DNA of 64,000 nt, taken from the NCBI GenBank assembly GCA_004431415.1, contig QPMI01000435.1:1-64000 (forward strand), written 5' to 3'. Source of the DNA: Cyanophora paradoxa CCMP329. Its lineage: Eukaryota; Plantae; Glaucophyta. Shown here piece by piece: positions 20,273-31,763 of the stretch. Below the pieces are notes generated by a model. That model was not told where the DNA came from. It saw nothing but the letters and a program-made list of their open reading frames with translations, and ran no database searches. Position numbers and translations under genes: made by a program. The number at the start of each line of letters is the position of its first letter. The first letter of the stretch is position 1.

Positions 20273-23200
20273 TTAAATTGCGACAGCAATGTAATGGATT
20301 GTTACAGTAATGCCTGGTCTGTCAAAAGAACTTAATGGAACTATGTCAAGCTCACAAGTGAAATAGCTACTGTAAACTTGTTTAAGCCTAACATACATTC
20401 GGTAGTAGTAGGCTGTCTCATTGTGTTGTATACCGGTTGTTACAATAGGAGGGTTAGCAAAGCTGCTGTTGAAATTAATAGTGAGGTTAAACCTATGGTC
20501 AGGGTTTGCCCAAAGATAAGGAGTAGTGTAAACATACGTTCCTGCTTGAATTTTCCCATTAAAATATGCATTAAGTTGACTGGTAAGATCTGCTTCTGTT
20601 AAACATCTACTAATAGTAGCATTATTGGAAGGGTTCATAGCATAGAAATTTCTTGCATAAGCATTTCCACGAACAAGTAAGGTTTTATCATAATAATTCT
20701 GCGAATTGTGGAAGAACCATGTTTCATCAAACATAGGTCCTGCTGGTTCTACTATCTGACCCGATCCTACATACATTGTGTTGTTGGCTCTAATAGTGGT
20801 TGCTGTAAAGGGATCAAGAGTTGGTCTATTGGTCAGGTCATTGTAGTTGCCCGAGAAAATCGCTGGTTTGTTATAAATATCTGTATTCCAATCATGAGTG
20901 TGTGCAAAATCTGTAATCTCTGCCTTTGTGTGATTGTGGGCAAAATCTGTAATCTCAGCCTTTGTGTGATTGTGTGCAAAATCTGTAATCTCTGATTTTA
21001 CATGATTGTGAGCAAAATTCGTAATATCTGCTCGGGTGTGAAAGTGTGCAAAATCTGTAATTTGCGATTTTGTGTGAGTATGTGCGAAATCTATGATTTC
21101 TGCCTTTGTGTGGGTGTGTGATCTATTATTAAGGTCGAGGAAGCTACCGGAAAATGCAACAGGGTGTAGATTTGCTGGGTGGGTTTGTTTATGAGATCAT
21201 TATAATCTCCTGTGAATGAAATAGTTTTTAGTTCACCCCTTCCTACATAATCAGAAGGTAAATCAATTTTCATAGGCATAATAGCAGGATCAATAGGAAT
21301 CTCGTACTCAGCTCCTGGGTGAACCACAGGGAAGGTTTGATTACTTTCAGTGTGAACAAAAAAGTTGTCAGCAGTCACTGTTCCGTCAATAGTTCCTCCT
21401 GTCAAGGGCAGGTAATTCCCTGTCACAGCTAGACCTGCAATAACTATAGCAAGCTCTGTTTCATCTACATAGTTTTGGGCTTGAAGGTAATCCTCTGTTA
21501 CCACTCTTGATATGGTCTCATTGTGAATATTCTTTGCTGCTGCCCTCTGATTGATTTCTAAGACACCTTCACCCACTCCACCATTATAATTCGTTTTTAT
21601 CCATGATATCTCGCATCTCTTGTAATCATCTCGATTTCCAATTAGGGCATTTGGTAACAGTCTTTCTCTGGTAAAGATTAATTTGGGTCTTGAACTATCT
21701 AAGTCACTCACATCAGTAACATTAATTTGAATTGCTGCATCTTTGTCATCATAGTTTGCTGGATCAGATGGAAGCGATAATATTAAACTATCTGTCATCG
21801 GGATGTCATCAGCATAGTAACTGGTAAGATAGATACCTGGGTTGGTGTCCATCAAACCGAAATTTCCGCCTGCTGCGACAATCTGCATCCGTGTAGGAGG
21901 TCTGATGTATAGCTCACCCTCCATTGTGGTACCGGCATCTATTCCCCTGCGATTCAGGTAATATTCGCTTAAAAGTAATCTTTGTTCGATGTTAATATTT
22001 TGGTAGAGACTCACACCATTTGTCCCATCAGTTAAAACATTACCTGTTGATGCAAAGGTAGGCTGTAAATCGATTTCATCCCAATTATGCCTATGATTTT
22101 CAGGCGGAAACTCAGGTGGAATTCCATCGATATCGCCCCAATCATGCCTGTGATCTTCAGGTGGATATTTCTCAGGTTTACCCAAGATCTCATCCCAATC
22201 ATGGTTGTGATCCTCTGGTGGATATCTCGCTGGTTTGTTGTTGATCTGTTCCCAATCTGGAAAGAACTCAAAAAGCTCCGGTTGTAATCCATCTGGTAAA
22301 AACTCCTCATGGGGTTCATAAGGTTGCTCATAATCCACAACTGGTGGTTCGAGACCATCTGCTAAATATTCCTCATGGGGTTCATAATTCTGTTCATACT
22401 GATACTCTTGTGGATCTAAACCATCGGGTAAATACTCTTCCTCATTTGGGTCGAATTGATCATACTCATACTCTTGCGGGTCGAAACCGTCAGGTAAAAA
22501 CTCTTCCTCATCTGGGACAAATTGGTAATCATCAAGCTCTAATATATCGATTTCAGGAGGTAAATACTGTTCATCTATTTGTTTTTTCGGTTCGAAGATA
22601 GGTTTATTGCGAACTTGCTCCCAACTGACAATATGTTGACCGAAAGGAACTGTCTCATCAGCAACTCGCTCTCGACCAGGTCCATCCGGGATTGGCGGCT
22701 TTGGTAACCCTGGAAGAGGTGGTATAGGGACAATAGGTCCGAAGTAGTAGTTGAAAATGTTGATAACCTGCTCTTCAGTGCTAACCTTCTTACCATCCTG
22801 ATAAATATTAGTTCCATGAATATTTCTCCACTGCCTGGTGCGAAGCCCTAGGTCATATCTATCATGCAATGCCGGGAGCAGGTGCCTGTCAGCCTCAATC
22901 AAGATAGAGCCGAAGGTGCATCCAGGAATATCGAACCTGGTGGCTGGCTCGGTATCGATTTGATTTACATCAAACCCGAAAAGAAGATTTGCTTCTCGTG
23001 CATCGGTATATAGTAGATCCCAGGGGAACGGCTGAATTTGTGATGCAAGCACTGATATTGCAGCATCTTCGCCAAGGAGAATTCGCCCAGTGATTTGAGC
23101 CGCAGTTTTGTTTGCGACATCATTTGATTCATCAATTAGACGTAGAGCTGATGTATGGACCCCTCTATCATTTTGGAGCCTAAATATCAATCTACCAGAA

Positions 23201-23505
23201 TCATACTTGGAGACTGTGCCTGAGGAGGCAATTCGCAGGTGTCGTGGCAACGCCCTGGACCCAATAATTTCAGCAACAAAGTTCTCAGTGGGACCAAGAC
23301 AGAATCTCTGTGCAATATCTGGGGCACCAACGTGAGAGTTCCGCAGAATTAATGCAGCTGGTCGACTAAACTCGGTCCTGTGGATGTCACGATCAGCATT
23401 GAAGTCTGCCAAGATGCTTCCAAAAACGCGAATATTAATGAGTCGATCATCAACGAAATCTGGAGATCTACGAAGTGGCACTGGCTTCTTCAAGATGTAG
23501 GACAT
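20273..23505 (-). CDS. Large fibre protein: acidic Pro/Glu repeats, His-x-His repeats, C-terminal H-type-lectin/gp53-like head (frameshift near 21180)
   Basis: 804-aa ORF joins 167-aa ORF via HxHTKAEITDFA repeats; FNSSFANPPIV...IHYIAV tip; homologous to 55829 gene. Confidence 0.75.
20893..21120 (-). repeat. 36-bp coding repeat (HxHTKAEITDFA), about 6 copies
   Basis: Repeated TGTGCAAAATCTGTAATCTC on + strand. Confidence 0.8.
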
Positions 23506-23528
23506 TTTTATATAAGCCCCTTTTAAAA

Positions 23529-25013
23529 ATGAAGGTCATTCTCTCGTTATCAGGTGGAGGTGCTCGTGGTATAATTATTGCCAGAATTCTGCAACGGATT
23601 GAGGCGATTACTGGGAAAGCAATACCACAGCTGTTTGATTTCTTTGCAGGCACCTCAACAGGGGCAATAATAGCGGCCGGATTGGCGATCCCATCAACTC
23701 CAGGCTCTGTTCTTGCTTACCGATATTCTGCAGGTGATATCTTGAGTCTATATCAAACGAACCTGCCAACAATATTTGCAAATCCAAGATCACTCACAAG
23801 CTTGCTCTCAGGAAGCCGCTATGATGCAAATCCTCTGGAGTCGGTGCTTACAGACGTTGCCCTGGACTACACAATTGCAGAATCGACAAAAGACGTATTA
23901 ATTACAGCATTTGATACAGTTCGGATGCAGCCCGTAGTTTTCACCAAAGATGGGCCATACTCGAGCACGCTGATTCGTGATGCAGTTAGAGCATCTTCTG
24001 CAGCGCCAACATTCTTTCCACCGAAGGTTCTAGGAGACAAAAACCTTGTTGACGGGGCCATCGCCTGTTTGAATAATCCCTCAGTTGCTGCACTCAGCCA
24101 CGCCAGCAAAATTTATGATGCAGAGGATCCAATTGTTCTTGTGAGCATCAGCTGTGGTGAGGTCCAAGCTAGTGAGCAACTGACTGCAGGCTTTTCGAAT
24201 GCAGAGACGTCAGGCTGGGGCGCCCTGGGCTGGATCCTATCCCTCTCAGGCAGCCCTATTATTTCTATGCTAATGGCTGGGAGCGAGCTGGAATCGCACT
24301 TTCAAATGCAGGAGCTGCTTCCAGTTGATGCAGATAGGAATCTCACTAGATACTGGCGTTTAAGTGTTCCGCTGCCAGCTGCAGTCATGAGCAAGCTTGA
24401 TGATGCCTCCCCATCGAATATTTCTTATTTGATTTCCACAACTGATTTATGGCTGAAACAAATCGAAATAAATGCTAAAATAAATGCACTCTGCAGCTTT
24501 CTATTGGCGAACTACGACCTACTGAACGATGAGAGACTAATCATATCGTCTACTTTAACAGTTGAGCCGCCATTTGATGTCAACTGGTTTATAATTCCAG
24601 ATGCAAACATCATAAGCAACGACTTTGAGGAATTGCACCCACCTTCTCATGTGCGACCCAACTCAACAGGGTTCCAAGGTGGCACTCTACCTAATCCCTG
24701 GATCAGAGTCGAATTTCCAAAGCCTTTTGAGCTACATCAAATCATTATGTATGGACCAGCTTTTGCTGCCGGAGTCCTACTTAATTTCAGCATTCTGACC
24801 AACTTAGGATATTTACGAGACGGGGCACTATTTGAAAACACAGTCCTAGCAAATGTGCTTGCTGCGAACCCAACAATGACAGGCTTCGATCTAATGCATA
24901 GTGACTCGCATTTGATCACCCCACAGGTATATAACTATGTGCAAATTATAACAAACGAATTTATAAATGTGAATGCATTCCGGCTTGATTTCCGGGGACG
25001 TTACATTAATTAG
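23529..25013 (+). CDS. Patatin-like phospholipase with C-terminal discoidin (F5/8C)-like domain
   Basis: LSGGGARG, GTSTG, SAAPTFF, DGA; C-terminus WIRVEF...FRLDFRG homologous to 54238 gene. Confidence 0.88.
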   Translation: MKVILSLSGGGARGIIIARILQRIEAITGKAIPQLFDFFAGTSTGAIIAAGLAIPSTPGSVLAYRYSAGDILSLYQTNLPTIFANPRSLTSLLSGSRYDANPLESVLTDVALDYTIAESTKDVLITAFDTVRMQPVVFTKDGPYSSTLIRDAVRASSAAPTFFPPKVLGDKNLVDGAIACLNNPSVAALSHASKIYDAEDPIVLVSISCGEVQASEQLTAGFSNAETSGWGALGWILSLSGSPIISMLMAGSELESHFQMQELLPVDADRNLTRYWRLSVPLPAAVMSKLDDASPSNISYLISTTDLWLKQIEINAKINALCSFLLANYDLLNDERLIISSTLTVEPPFDVNWFIIPDANIISNDFEELHPPSHVRPNSTGFQGGTLPNPWIRVEFPKPFELHQIIMYGPAFAAGVLLNFSILTNLGYLRDGALFENTVLANVLAANPTMTGFDLMHSDSHLITPQVYNYVQIITNEFINVNAFRLDFRGRYIN

Positions 25014-25338
25014 GCGGCGGCATGAATGCCCAGGAAATCAGAGAGAGTCCAAGACGTGTTGGAATAGTTCTGCCAGATTTATCTTTCTCCCAAAATGGTG
25101 CTCCATTACGCCCTCCCAGTCGCCTCTTTATGTAATTCTCTCTTCGCTGATACCAAGTTGTGTTTTTGGTTGCGAGCTCCTTTTTGATTCCGTCAGGACC
25201 GAATCGGCGGTAAGCTTGCAGAAAACCTAGGTTTGTTTGTGTGCTTGGCTTATCTCCAATCGCAACAAGTGATACTTTTTTGTCCCGCATCAACGGCAAG
25301 TACTTTTCAATCTGAGCTATGGGCATCAACTGCGACAT
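25006..25338 (-). CDS. Hypothetical viral protein
   Basis: 110-aa ORF tightly packed between patatin and penton genes. Confidence 0.6.
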   Translation of the reverse strand: MSQLMPIAQIEKYLPLMRDKKVSLVAIGDKPSTQTNLGFLQAYRRFGPDGIKKELATKNTTWYQRRENYIKRRLGGRNGAPFWEKDKSGRTIPTRLGLSLISWAFMPPPN

Positions 25339-25398
25339 TTTTTTATATATTGTTCCAAGAAATAAAACGGGATGAAGGCTTGTCTGCGACTTTTCAAA

Positions 25399-26336
25399 TC
25401 AGTTTGTCTGGCGACTTTCCCTAGTAATGAACTGTAGCTCCCCAGACCATGGCAATCCATTCAGTAATACATCATCACCATCTCTGTCTACAATGCGCAG
25501 TCGCAAGGAAGTCAGCACAAGACGCTCTTCGATGGGGATCCATTCGTCTTGATGATCCTGATTTATATAAACGAATTTGCCAACGTCCTGACTCATTTGA
25601 ATTCGAGCAAGCCCGTAGTTGCACATTGTTTTGGCCCCACGGCGAAGCTTTGAAGCAAATGGTCGAAGCTCTTCACAGACTAGGAATAGATACTGGTCGC
25701 TGTTCATGTCAATTATCTTTGGAAATTCGACAGCATAGCCAAGTGGCTCACTCCGCATTCTTTCGGTGAAATCAACGCCATATTCAGGGTGTGAAGGTGT
25801 TACTGGAATGCCAGCAACCTCGAGATATCGCTCAGCTGCAGTTACTGATCTTTGCCCTCCTTCAATCACGATAGGAGACAGCTGGAGGGGCTCATTTCGG
25901 TTCAGCCCTAGCAGATTCGATAGAGCTTTGAACTGGCAGGTCACTGTGCAGGAACGGTTGCAATAGGCAGACATCTTCAGTGTCTCTGGGTCCCGAAACA
26001 ATTTGAAATATGCTATTACGATTCCCCCAGTTCAAACTTAAACGATAGGCCAAAGTTGTAAAGATCTGTTTCGCCCATATTTGCAGTAGTAATTATACCA
26101 GGCTCAAAAACTGCCAGATTTTCCGTCCAAATGTTGGGGAAGGTGATCGAAAGATACTCATCTCTAATGCTCGTGTAAAGGCTGTTTGCGAACTCACACT
26201 GGGTAAGTCGAACAGCAACTGGATTGATTATAGGTTCATTTATTTCTAGCACAAAGTTTGCCTCTGAATCGATTGGCCTTCTGTCTCTACTGTCAAAGCT
26301 GAGCCTGGCGCAGCGTCGATGCTTGTCTTCGACCAT
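25399..26336 (-). CDS. Minor capsid (penton)-like protein 1 (frameshifted)
   Basis: DSRDR...F.L...VRL...EF.NS N-terminus, YLFL..EEL, LRIVDRDG..V.LNG...ELQF C-terminus. Confidence 0.75.
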
Positions 26337-26363
26337 TTTTATTCTCTAACTGATATAAAAAAG

Positions 26364-27320
26364 ATGCCGACGGACTACGTCTGCATTGCAAGCCACCAAG
26401 CGGATGAGCTGACATCCACCTCAAAATTTAAAGTAAGACTGCCTAAAGTTTATCAGGATGTAAAAGCCGTGCGCCTGGTATCTGCTGAGATCCCCAACAC
26501 AATGAGCACAGTTGATGCACTCGATCCAGCAGAGGACTTAGTGTTTGACACCTATATATATTGGTGCAAATATGATCCTGCAAATGAGGGACCCGACCCA
26601 CCTCAGCCGGGTTTTGGAGCCTGGAATAACATTACAATTCCACCTGGAAATTACGACGTCACCTCGCTTGTGACAAAGATAAACGAAAGGTTGACGGGGA
26701 CTGGTATCACGTGCACGTATAATTCAGCAGTTAAATCAATAGGGTTCACAGCTAGCTTCGAGTTCTTTATTGCTCTGATGTTGGCACCAAACCTGGGTGG
26801 GCGGGAAATCAGAAACTACCAGGCTGTTGCTAGGGCTCAGCGAACTGCAAAGCTGCTAGGCTTGCGATCAATTCTACCGATTCGGTCTAAGGCTTTAACT
26901 GTCGATATTCAATATATAGAAGGCGCTTATGAACCCGATGTCACTCCCGATGATCATGTGCTACTTCGCATTCCTGAAATTGGTGACCTTGTCAGTATGC
27001 CAAATACTTCAATTCCTGGCTTCTTCTCAAAGCTCAGCATTCCCAGCGCCCTCCGTCCAGGCGAAACAGCTTACTATGATTCAACTGAAGCAACTCCTTT
27101 GTATAAGTATGTTTATTCAAAGCTGGACCTCTACTTTGTGACTATTGAGATATACGATTTTATGCAGCGAATCGCTGATTTAAATGGAGCTCCTGTGTCA
27201 TTTATTCTCGAAATTCGTTATGGTCCTGACGAACCCAATGGTGATGTTGTCTACGAACTTGCAAAACTTCAGCTCCAGAAAAGGTCAAAGACATATCCTT
27301 GGATCAATTCGTCAAACTGA
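26364..27320 (+). CDS. Minor capsid (penton)-like protein 2
   Basis: FKVRLPKVYQDVKAVRLVSAEIPN, IPPGNY, DLNGAPVSFILEI; directly upstream of MCP. Confidence 0.8.
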   Translation: MPTDYVCIASHQADELTSTSKFKVRLPKVYQDVKAVRLVSAEIPNTMSTVDALDPAEDLVFDTYIYWCKYDPANEGPDPPQPGFGAWNNITIPPGNYDVTSLVTKINERLTGTGITCTYNSAVKSIGFTASFEFFIALMLAPNLGGREIRNYQAVARAQRTAKLLGLRSILPIRSKALTVDIQYIEGAYEPDVTPDDHVLLRIPEIGDLVSMPNTSIPGFFSKLSIPSALRPGETAYYDSTEATPLYKYVYSKLDLYFVTIEIYDFMQRIADLNGAPVSFILEIRYGPDEPNGDVVYELAKLQLQKRSKTYPWINSSN

Positions 27321-27371
27321 GTCTTGGTGAAGCGGCAGAATTATTTTCTTTCACTGCAATTATATACTTCG

Positions 27372-28760
27372 ATGGATGTTACTCAGAATTTGCAGCGGCT
27401 CGGCCTCAAAGAGCTCCTCACCACACCTCAGGAAGCGAAGGACTTCTTCATGAACAACGAGCTTATGTTAGGTCTAACGAGCCAAACCAAGCCTGTTCGT
27501 GTTGTTGTCAACCCAAGCAATGACTATGGAGACTGCTTCGGAAAGAGGGTTACTTATTTCCTGCCCCGATACAATTTCCTTCAGGGACTCGAACTCCAGT
27601 TTACCCTTCCCGAGCTGACAGCATTTACTGGTGACACTGACCTGGTTCGCACTGGTTATTTGCGATCGGTTGGTGCTCTCGTAAAGCGAATCGAAATCAA
27701 ATATGCTTCCTACAGCTACATTGTCCCCGAGGACTGGCTTGTTCACAGCGCTCTGATTTTCAATGATGATGCTCAGCTCAAAAAGAAATACCGGTCAGGT
27801 GGCTGGCTACATGGAACACCACCGCAGGGGACAAATCGCACTGGAGGTATTTTCAGTGTAAAAATCCCCTGTCCCTGGGAGGGTTCTGTGCTTCCGATTG
27901 GTGCTCTATCTGGCGAGGTTTCCGTCGAGGTTTGGTTCCGTGATCGTGCCCAGGGCTTCGTCGAAACCAGCTATGGTGGTAGGTTTGTAACAGAATATGC
28001 CATAGGCGGTGATGCTTCTAAAGAAGATGGACTTGGGAGCGTGGGAGCTGCTGCTGCATCCCCTGCAAACATCGGCCAGAATATAACTCCCAATGTTCTC
28101 AGTGTCACCCCTGCCAATCCGGAGCTTTCGAATCCAAAGATTATTGCTCATTGCATCAACGTTGATGAGGCCACTTTTGCCCAGGTGATTGAGAAAGTCA
28201 AAACGTCTGGAATCGCAATTCCCGCTACCGATGTCGGCTGGGTTGATGCTGATTCAATTACTTATGCTGGTGCTGGTGCGCCCACCCGAATTAATCTGTC
28301 TCAAATCAGTGGACTTTGTTACGGCCTATTCGTTAGCATTCGCAAGCAGCCAAACATGAACCAAACTGATGGAAAACACAGTGTCCTCAAAACCGAGGCT
28401 AATGCTCGCGATATTACTATTTCCTGCGAATTGAATGGACAGCGGCTTTATTCAAATGAGCCTGTTCCTCTATTGCAAGGTGCTGAACTCATCGCTGATG
28501 TCTTCAAGTGCTCCAATCTCGACGCACCCCTTAATCGGTATGTTCTGACTGGATTGCCATTTTGCATTAGTGGGGATAAATCGATTCGAAATGCTGCTCA
28601 AACTGGTTTCGTAGATCTGACGAACTCCAGCAGCTGCTTCCTGAATATCATGAACCCTGCTGCGTATGATGCTAACAACAAGATTTACGTCCAAATTCGC
28701 GCTCTCCTTCACACTGTCCTAATTGTTGATGCTGCGGGACTGCGGAAAGTTAATCTCTAG
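27372..28760 (+). CDS. Major capsid protein (double jelly-roll)
   Basis: 462 aa, FGKRVTYFLPR...LELQFTLP...LVKRIEI pattern; lies between penton and ATPase; clear homolog at 41908. Confidence 0.85.
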   Translation: MDVTQNLQRLGLKELLTTPQEAKDFFMNNELMLGLTSQTKPVRVVVNPSNDYGDCFGKRVTYFLPRYNFLQGLELQFTLPELTAFTGDTDLVRTGYLRSVGALVKRIEIKYASYSYIVPEDWLVHSALIFNDDAQLKKKYRSGGWLHGTPPQGTNRTGGIFSVKIPCPWEGSVLPIGALSGEVSVEVWFRDRAQGFVETSYGGRFVTEYAIGGDASKEDGLGSVGAAAASPANIGQNITPNVLSVTPANPELSNPKIIAHCINVDEATFAQVIEKVKTSGIAIPATDVGWVDADSITYAGAGAPTRINLSQISGLCYGLFVSIRKQPNMNQTDGKHSVLKTEANARDITISCELNGQRLYSNEPVPLLQGAELIADVFKCSNLDAPLNRYVLTGLPFCISGDKSIRNAAQTGFVDLTNSSSCFLNIMNPAAYDANNKIYVQIRALLHTVLIVDAAGLRKVNL

Positions 28761-28767
28761 TCACAGT

Positions 28768-28859
28768 GTCGCCAGACAAGCTGACTCGCCTGCGGTCGCG
28801 GTTGTGTTTGCCTGCGAATATCAATAGTTGGGCGCAGCCGAGGCAGCTTGTCTGACGAC
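28768..28859 (+). terminator. Long imperfect hairpin directly after MCP stop
   Basis: GTCG-c-CAGACAAGCTG-a-CTCG-c-CTGCG pairs with CGCAG-c-CGAG-g-CAGCTTGTCTG-a-CGAC. Confidence 0.55.
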
Positions 28860-28868
28860 TATTTTTTG

Positions 28869-29609
28869 ATGGATGAGTCTCAAGAGCTCGCAAAGTTCCA
28901 GCCTAGCGATATGAGGGTCCCTTTTAAAGCCCTGTTTATATCGAAATCTAATAGTGGCAAATCGTTCTATTGCACAAAGCATCTGCTTCGACTGCTATAT
29001 CCAAAGATTAATCGAGTGGTTGTGTTTACGGCCACCAAATTCAATGGTGAATACGAAGCAATAACAAAAGAGCTTTACGATGATTTTCAACCTGCCATTG
29101 TTGCAGAAATCATTGATTCACAGCGCGCTCTAATCGAAAACAAAAAGAAAGCGCCGCAGATATTACTTGTATTGGACGATCTTGTTGCTGCATCTGAAAC
29201 TGTTGATCTTCGAAACAGCAAGGTTGTTAATCGACTTTTTATGCAGTGCCGCCATTTTTGCATTTCTACGATTTTAATGTCGCAAAAACTAACAGCATTG
29301 AGTCAATCTATAAGATCGAACAGTGATTACTGCTTTTTCTTTAGCTATTCAAATCACACCGAACTTGAGGCAATTTATCGAGACTTTTCACACCTACCAA
29401 AGGATAAGTTCATCGCCTTGTTCGAGACTTGGGCGCACGATTATCAGTGCTTAGTTTTGGATGGAACTAAATATGATACTGCCTGGTACGTTGATAAAGC
29501 CGTCGAAGATAAGAGTTTTCGTTTCTCTAAATGGCTAAAACAAGAAGAAGAGTCTAAAAAAGAATTACCTGTTATCTCTAAAAAAAGGCGTTTTAAAATA
29601 TTATCTTAA
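28869..29609 (+). CDS. A32-like DNA packaging ATPase
   Basis: SKSNSGKS, LVLDD, CRH, SQ motifs. Confidence 0.9.
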   Translation: MDESQELAKFQPSDMRVPFKALFISKSNSGKSFYCTKHLLRLLYPKINRVVVFTATKFNGEYEAITKELYDDFQPAIVAEIIDSQRALIENKKKAPQILLVLDDLVAASETVDLRNSKVVNRLFMQCRHFCISTILMSQKLTALSQSIRSNSDYCFFFSYSNHTELEAIYRDFSHLPKDKFIALFETWAHDYQCLVLDGTKYDTAWYVDKAVEDKSFRFSKWLKQEEESKKELPVISKKRRFKILS

Positions 29610-29618
29610 TAAAATAAG

Positions 29619-30248
29619 ATGGGTCGCGGGATTCCTAAAAAGGGTTATCGTGAAAGACGCAAGGTTAATGTTGTTGAACCACTAGTTGAAAGTGGGTCGA
29701 CTGAAGGCGCAGCTGTTGCTAATCCTAGCGGGGAGCTTGCAAGCACCCCCAAACTAAACGCACCCGTAGCGAAAACAATTGCGTCGGCAGCAGCTAACGC
29801 AAGTGCGATTGACGATCGACAAAGCCAGGCTAAAACTGTTACTGAAATGCAGTCTGATATTGATGATGATGCTGCTAGAATTATCCAAGCCATGGCCTCT
29901 GAACCACGTTATTCAGGGCCAAAAATCAAGACAGCATCAGTATCAAAAAGTCAGATCGAGGAACTAACAGCTAAATTGCGAGATCTCGAGGCTCGATCGG
30001 CTAATATCGAATCATACGTTAAGGAAAAGCAAGAAAGAGCTAAGATCCGTGAGATGCTCCGTAGCGAGATGTTTAAACATAGACCTGTTGACATGCCGGA
30101 TTTGCGGTATCTGAAAAACGAAAAAGCTAAAGCCGAGCAATCGCTTGACTCTGCCGAGGTTAAAACTGCTTCTCCAAATGTTTTCGAACCAAATGCTACT
30201 GGGTCGCAACTGAAGAATGCGATGGGAGGGAGAAGGATTAGGTTGTGA
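29619..30248 (+). CDS. Conserved coiled-coil protein downstream of ATPase
   Basis: AKLRDLEARS...KERAK; GGRRIRL end; homologs at 990 and 44155. Confidence 0.7.
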   Translation: MGRGIPKKGYRERRKVNVVEPLVESGSTEGAAVANPSGELASTPKLNAPVAKTIASAAANASAIDDRQSQAKTVTEMQSDIDDDAARIIQAMASEPRYSGPKIKTASVSKSQIEELTAKLRDLEARSANIESYVKEKQERAKIREMLRSEMFKHRPVDMPDLRYLKNEKAKAEQSLDSAEVKTASPNVFEPNATGSQLKNAMGGRRIRL

Positions 30249-30456
30249 AATCTGGTAGTTCAACTGTAGGACGTCGTTGATGCAAAGTCAAATCTTCTAA
30301 TTGCGAAATCTCAAATGCACGCTGCAATTCACGTTTATCATACTCACGAAGATGTTCCCAAGACATTAGCCATTCGGCATATTTCGGATCGGTTAAAACA
30401 ACCTTCAAATGAGTCTCACCTCGGTACTTCCCAAATCGAATTGTTCCTGCGACCAT
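30238..30456 (-). CDS. Small FGKYxG-motif protein (DUF3820/ExoX C-terminal-like)
   Basis: IRFGKYRGET...DPKYAEWL. Confidence 0.6.
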   Translation of the reverse strand: MVAGTIRFGKYRGETHLKVVLTDPKYAEWLMSWEHLREYDKRELQRAFEISQLEDLTLHQRRPTVELPDFTT

Positions 30457-30557
30457 TTTGTTTTATATAAACCGCTGCGATTTAATTTTTCGATTTGAAC
30501 GCGCCATAAACGTTTCTCGAATTTCTTTCCTATATATCAATCACATACCCACTCATA

Positions 30558-30875
30558 ATGGACAGTGCGGAAATCACGGCTGCTTCCCGTCCACGAGGCA
30601 GGCCTCGCAAGAATTTTGAGAAGCCTGTGCACATACGTAGTGAGGTTACGCCAGAGATACTTGCAGAGAGACGCAAAAGACGTGCAGATCTGCAGCGAAA
30701 GCGATACCATGAAAATCCAGATTACCGGCAGCGGCAGATTGCTGTCTCCCGTCAATATAACCTTGCACACCCTGAACGAAAACTTGACAACGACCGAAAA
30801 TACCGAGAGCGAAGGCGCACTGAAATTAGGTCGCTAATTGCGGCGGGCATAGTTTCCAGCGACCTTGCTTCCTAA
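30558..30875 (+). CDS. Basic AT-hook DNA-binding protein
   Basis: RPRGRPRK plus Arg-rich helix RYHENPDYR. Confidence 0.7.
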   Translation: MDSAEITAASRPRGRPRKNFEKPVHIRSEVTPEILAERRKRRADLQRKRYHENPDYRQRQIAVSRQYNLAHPERKLDNDRKYRERRRTEIRSLIAAGIVSSDLAS

Positions 30876-31763
30876 TCGCAGTGAAGGCTCCCCTGCAACC
30901 TCTAGTTTTTTGAGCTCACGAGCTTGCCGACTTTGTCCGCTATACTTTTTCGTTTCAATGAGACCCTCGCGCCGTAGCTGTTGCTCTTGCTTTGCTTTGG
31001 CCGCAGCTCGTTCTATTTTTGACTGATTTGGAAGCTGTCTCGGGGCTCGAATTTCTGAAGGCTTGATTCTACGGCTTAATATCTGTCCCTCTTTGGTTGC
31101 GACCCTTATTCGGTTCCTGTCCTGTCCCACGACTGTGTACGTCTCCTTGCTCGGTTTCGTAGCTCCCTTCGCAAAGATGCTGCTCTTAGGCTCCAGTATC
31201 TGCACCTCAGTCCCTGGCTTTGGTAGATTCAACGCGTCTCTCTCAATGTCGTTCTGTCGTTGACGCACCTGGTGCAGCTGGGCAGCGATCTGCGGGTGAT
31301 CTCGCATCCAGGCTGGTGAATACTCTCTGCCAAAAGAGCTGTGTTTTGTTTGATTGTATGCCTTGATCAAAGCAGGCAGCCGGGAGAGAAAATTCGGCGA
31401 CCCTCGTTCCTCTGTGTCTGCCTGAATCATGGCTCGCAATGTCCGTGCGAATCGATCGATGATCCCTAGCTTGTCGCCTTTCGATATGTGATCATCCTTA
31501 GCGACGTCAGTGTGCATCGAAAATGAATTCTCTTCGGCCATTGCCCGCACAGCAGCCGTATTAAAGCCATTGTCGCCCGAAAAACCCCAGATCCCAGGCA
31601 GCTGAGCGATGAATTTCGGAATCTGTTTAGCATCTTCAAGCTTTCTGACAACTGCGAATCGAGTTGCAATCTCAATCGCTGCAAATAGTCGAAAACGTCC
31701 TATGAAAAGTATGTCGACTTGATATGCCCCTGGTGGTGCAGTGATTTTGAATGAGGGTGCCAT
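30834..31763 (-). CDS. Retroviral-like (rve) integrase
   Basis: YQVDI, SGDNGF, GIIDRFARTLR, YNQTKHS; start codon overlaps pPolB stop (TAATG). Confidence 0.88.
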   Translation of the reverse strand: MAPSFKITAPPGAYQVDILFIGRFRLFAAIEIATRFAVVRKLEDAKQIPKFIAQLPGIWGFSGDNGFNTAAVRAMAEENSFSMHTDVAKDDHISKGDKLGIIDRFARTLRAMIQADTEERGSPNFLSRLPALIKAYNQTKHSSFGREYSPAWMRDHPQIAAQLHQVRQRQNDIERDALNLPKPGTEVQILEPKSSIFAKGATKPSKETYTVVGQDRNRIRVATKEGQILSRRIKPSEIRAPRQLPNQSKIERAAAKAKQEQQLRREGLIETKKYSGQSRQARELKKLEVAGEPSLRLGSKVAGNYARRN

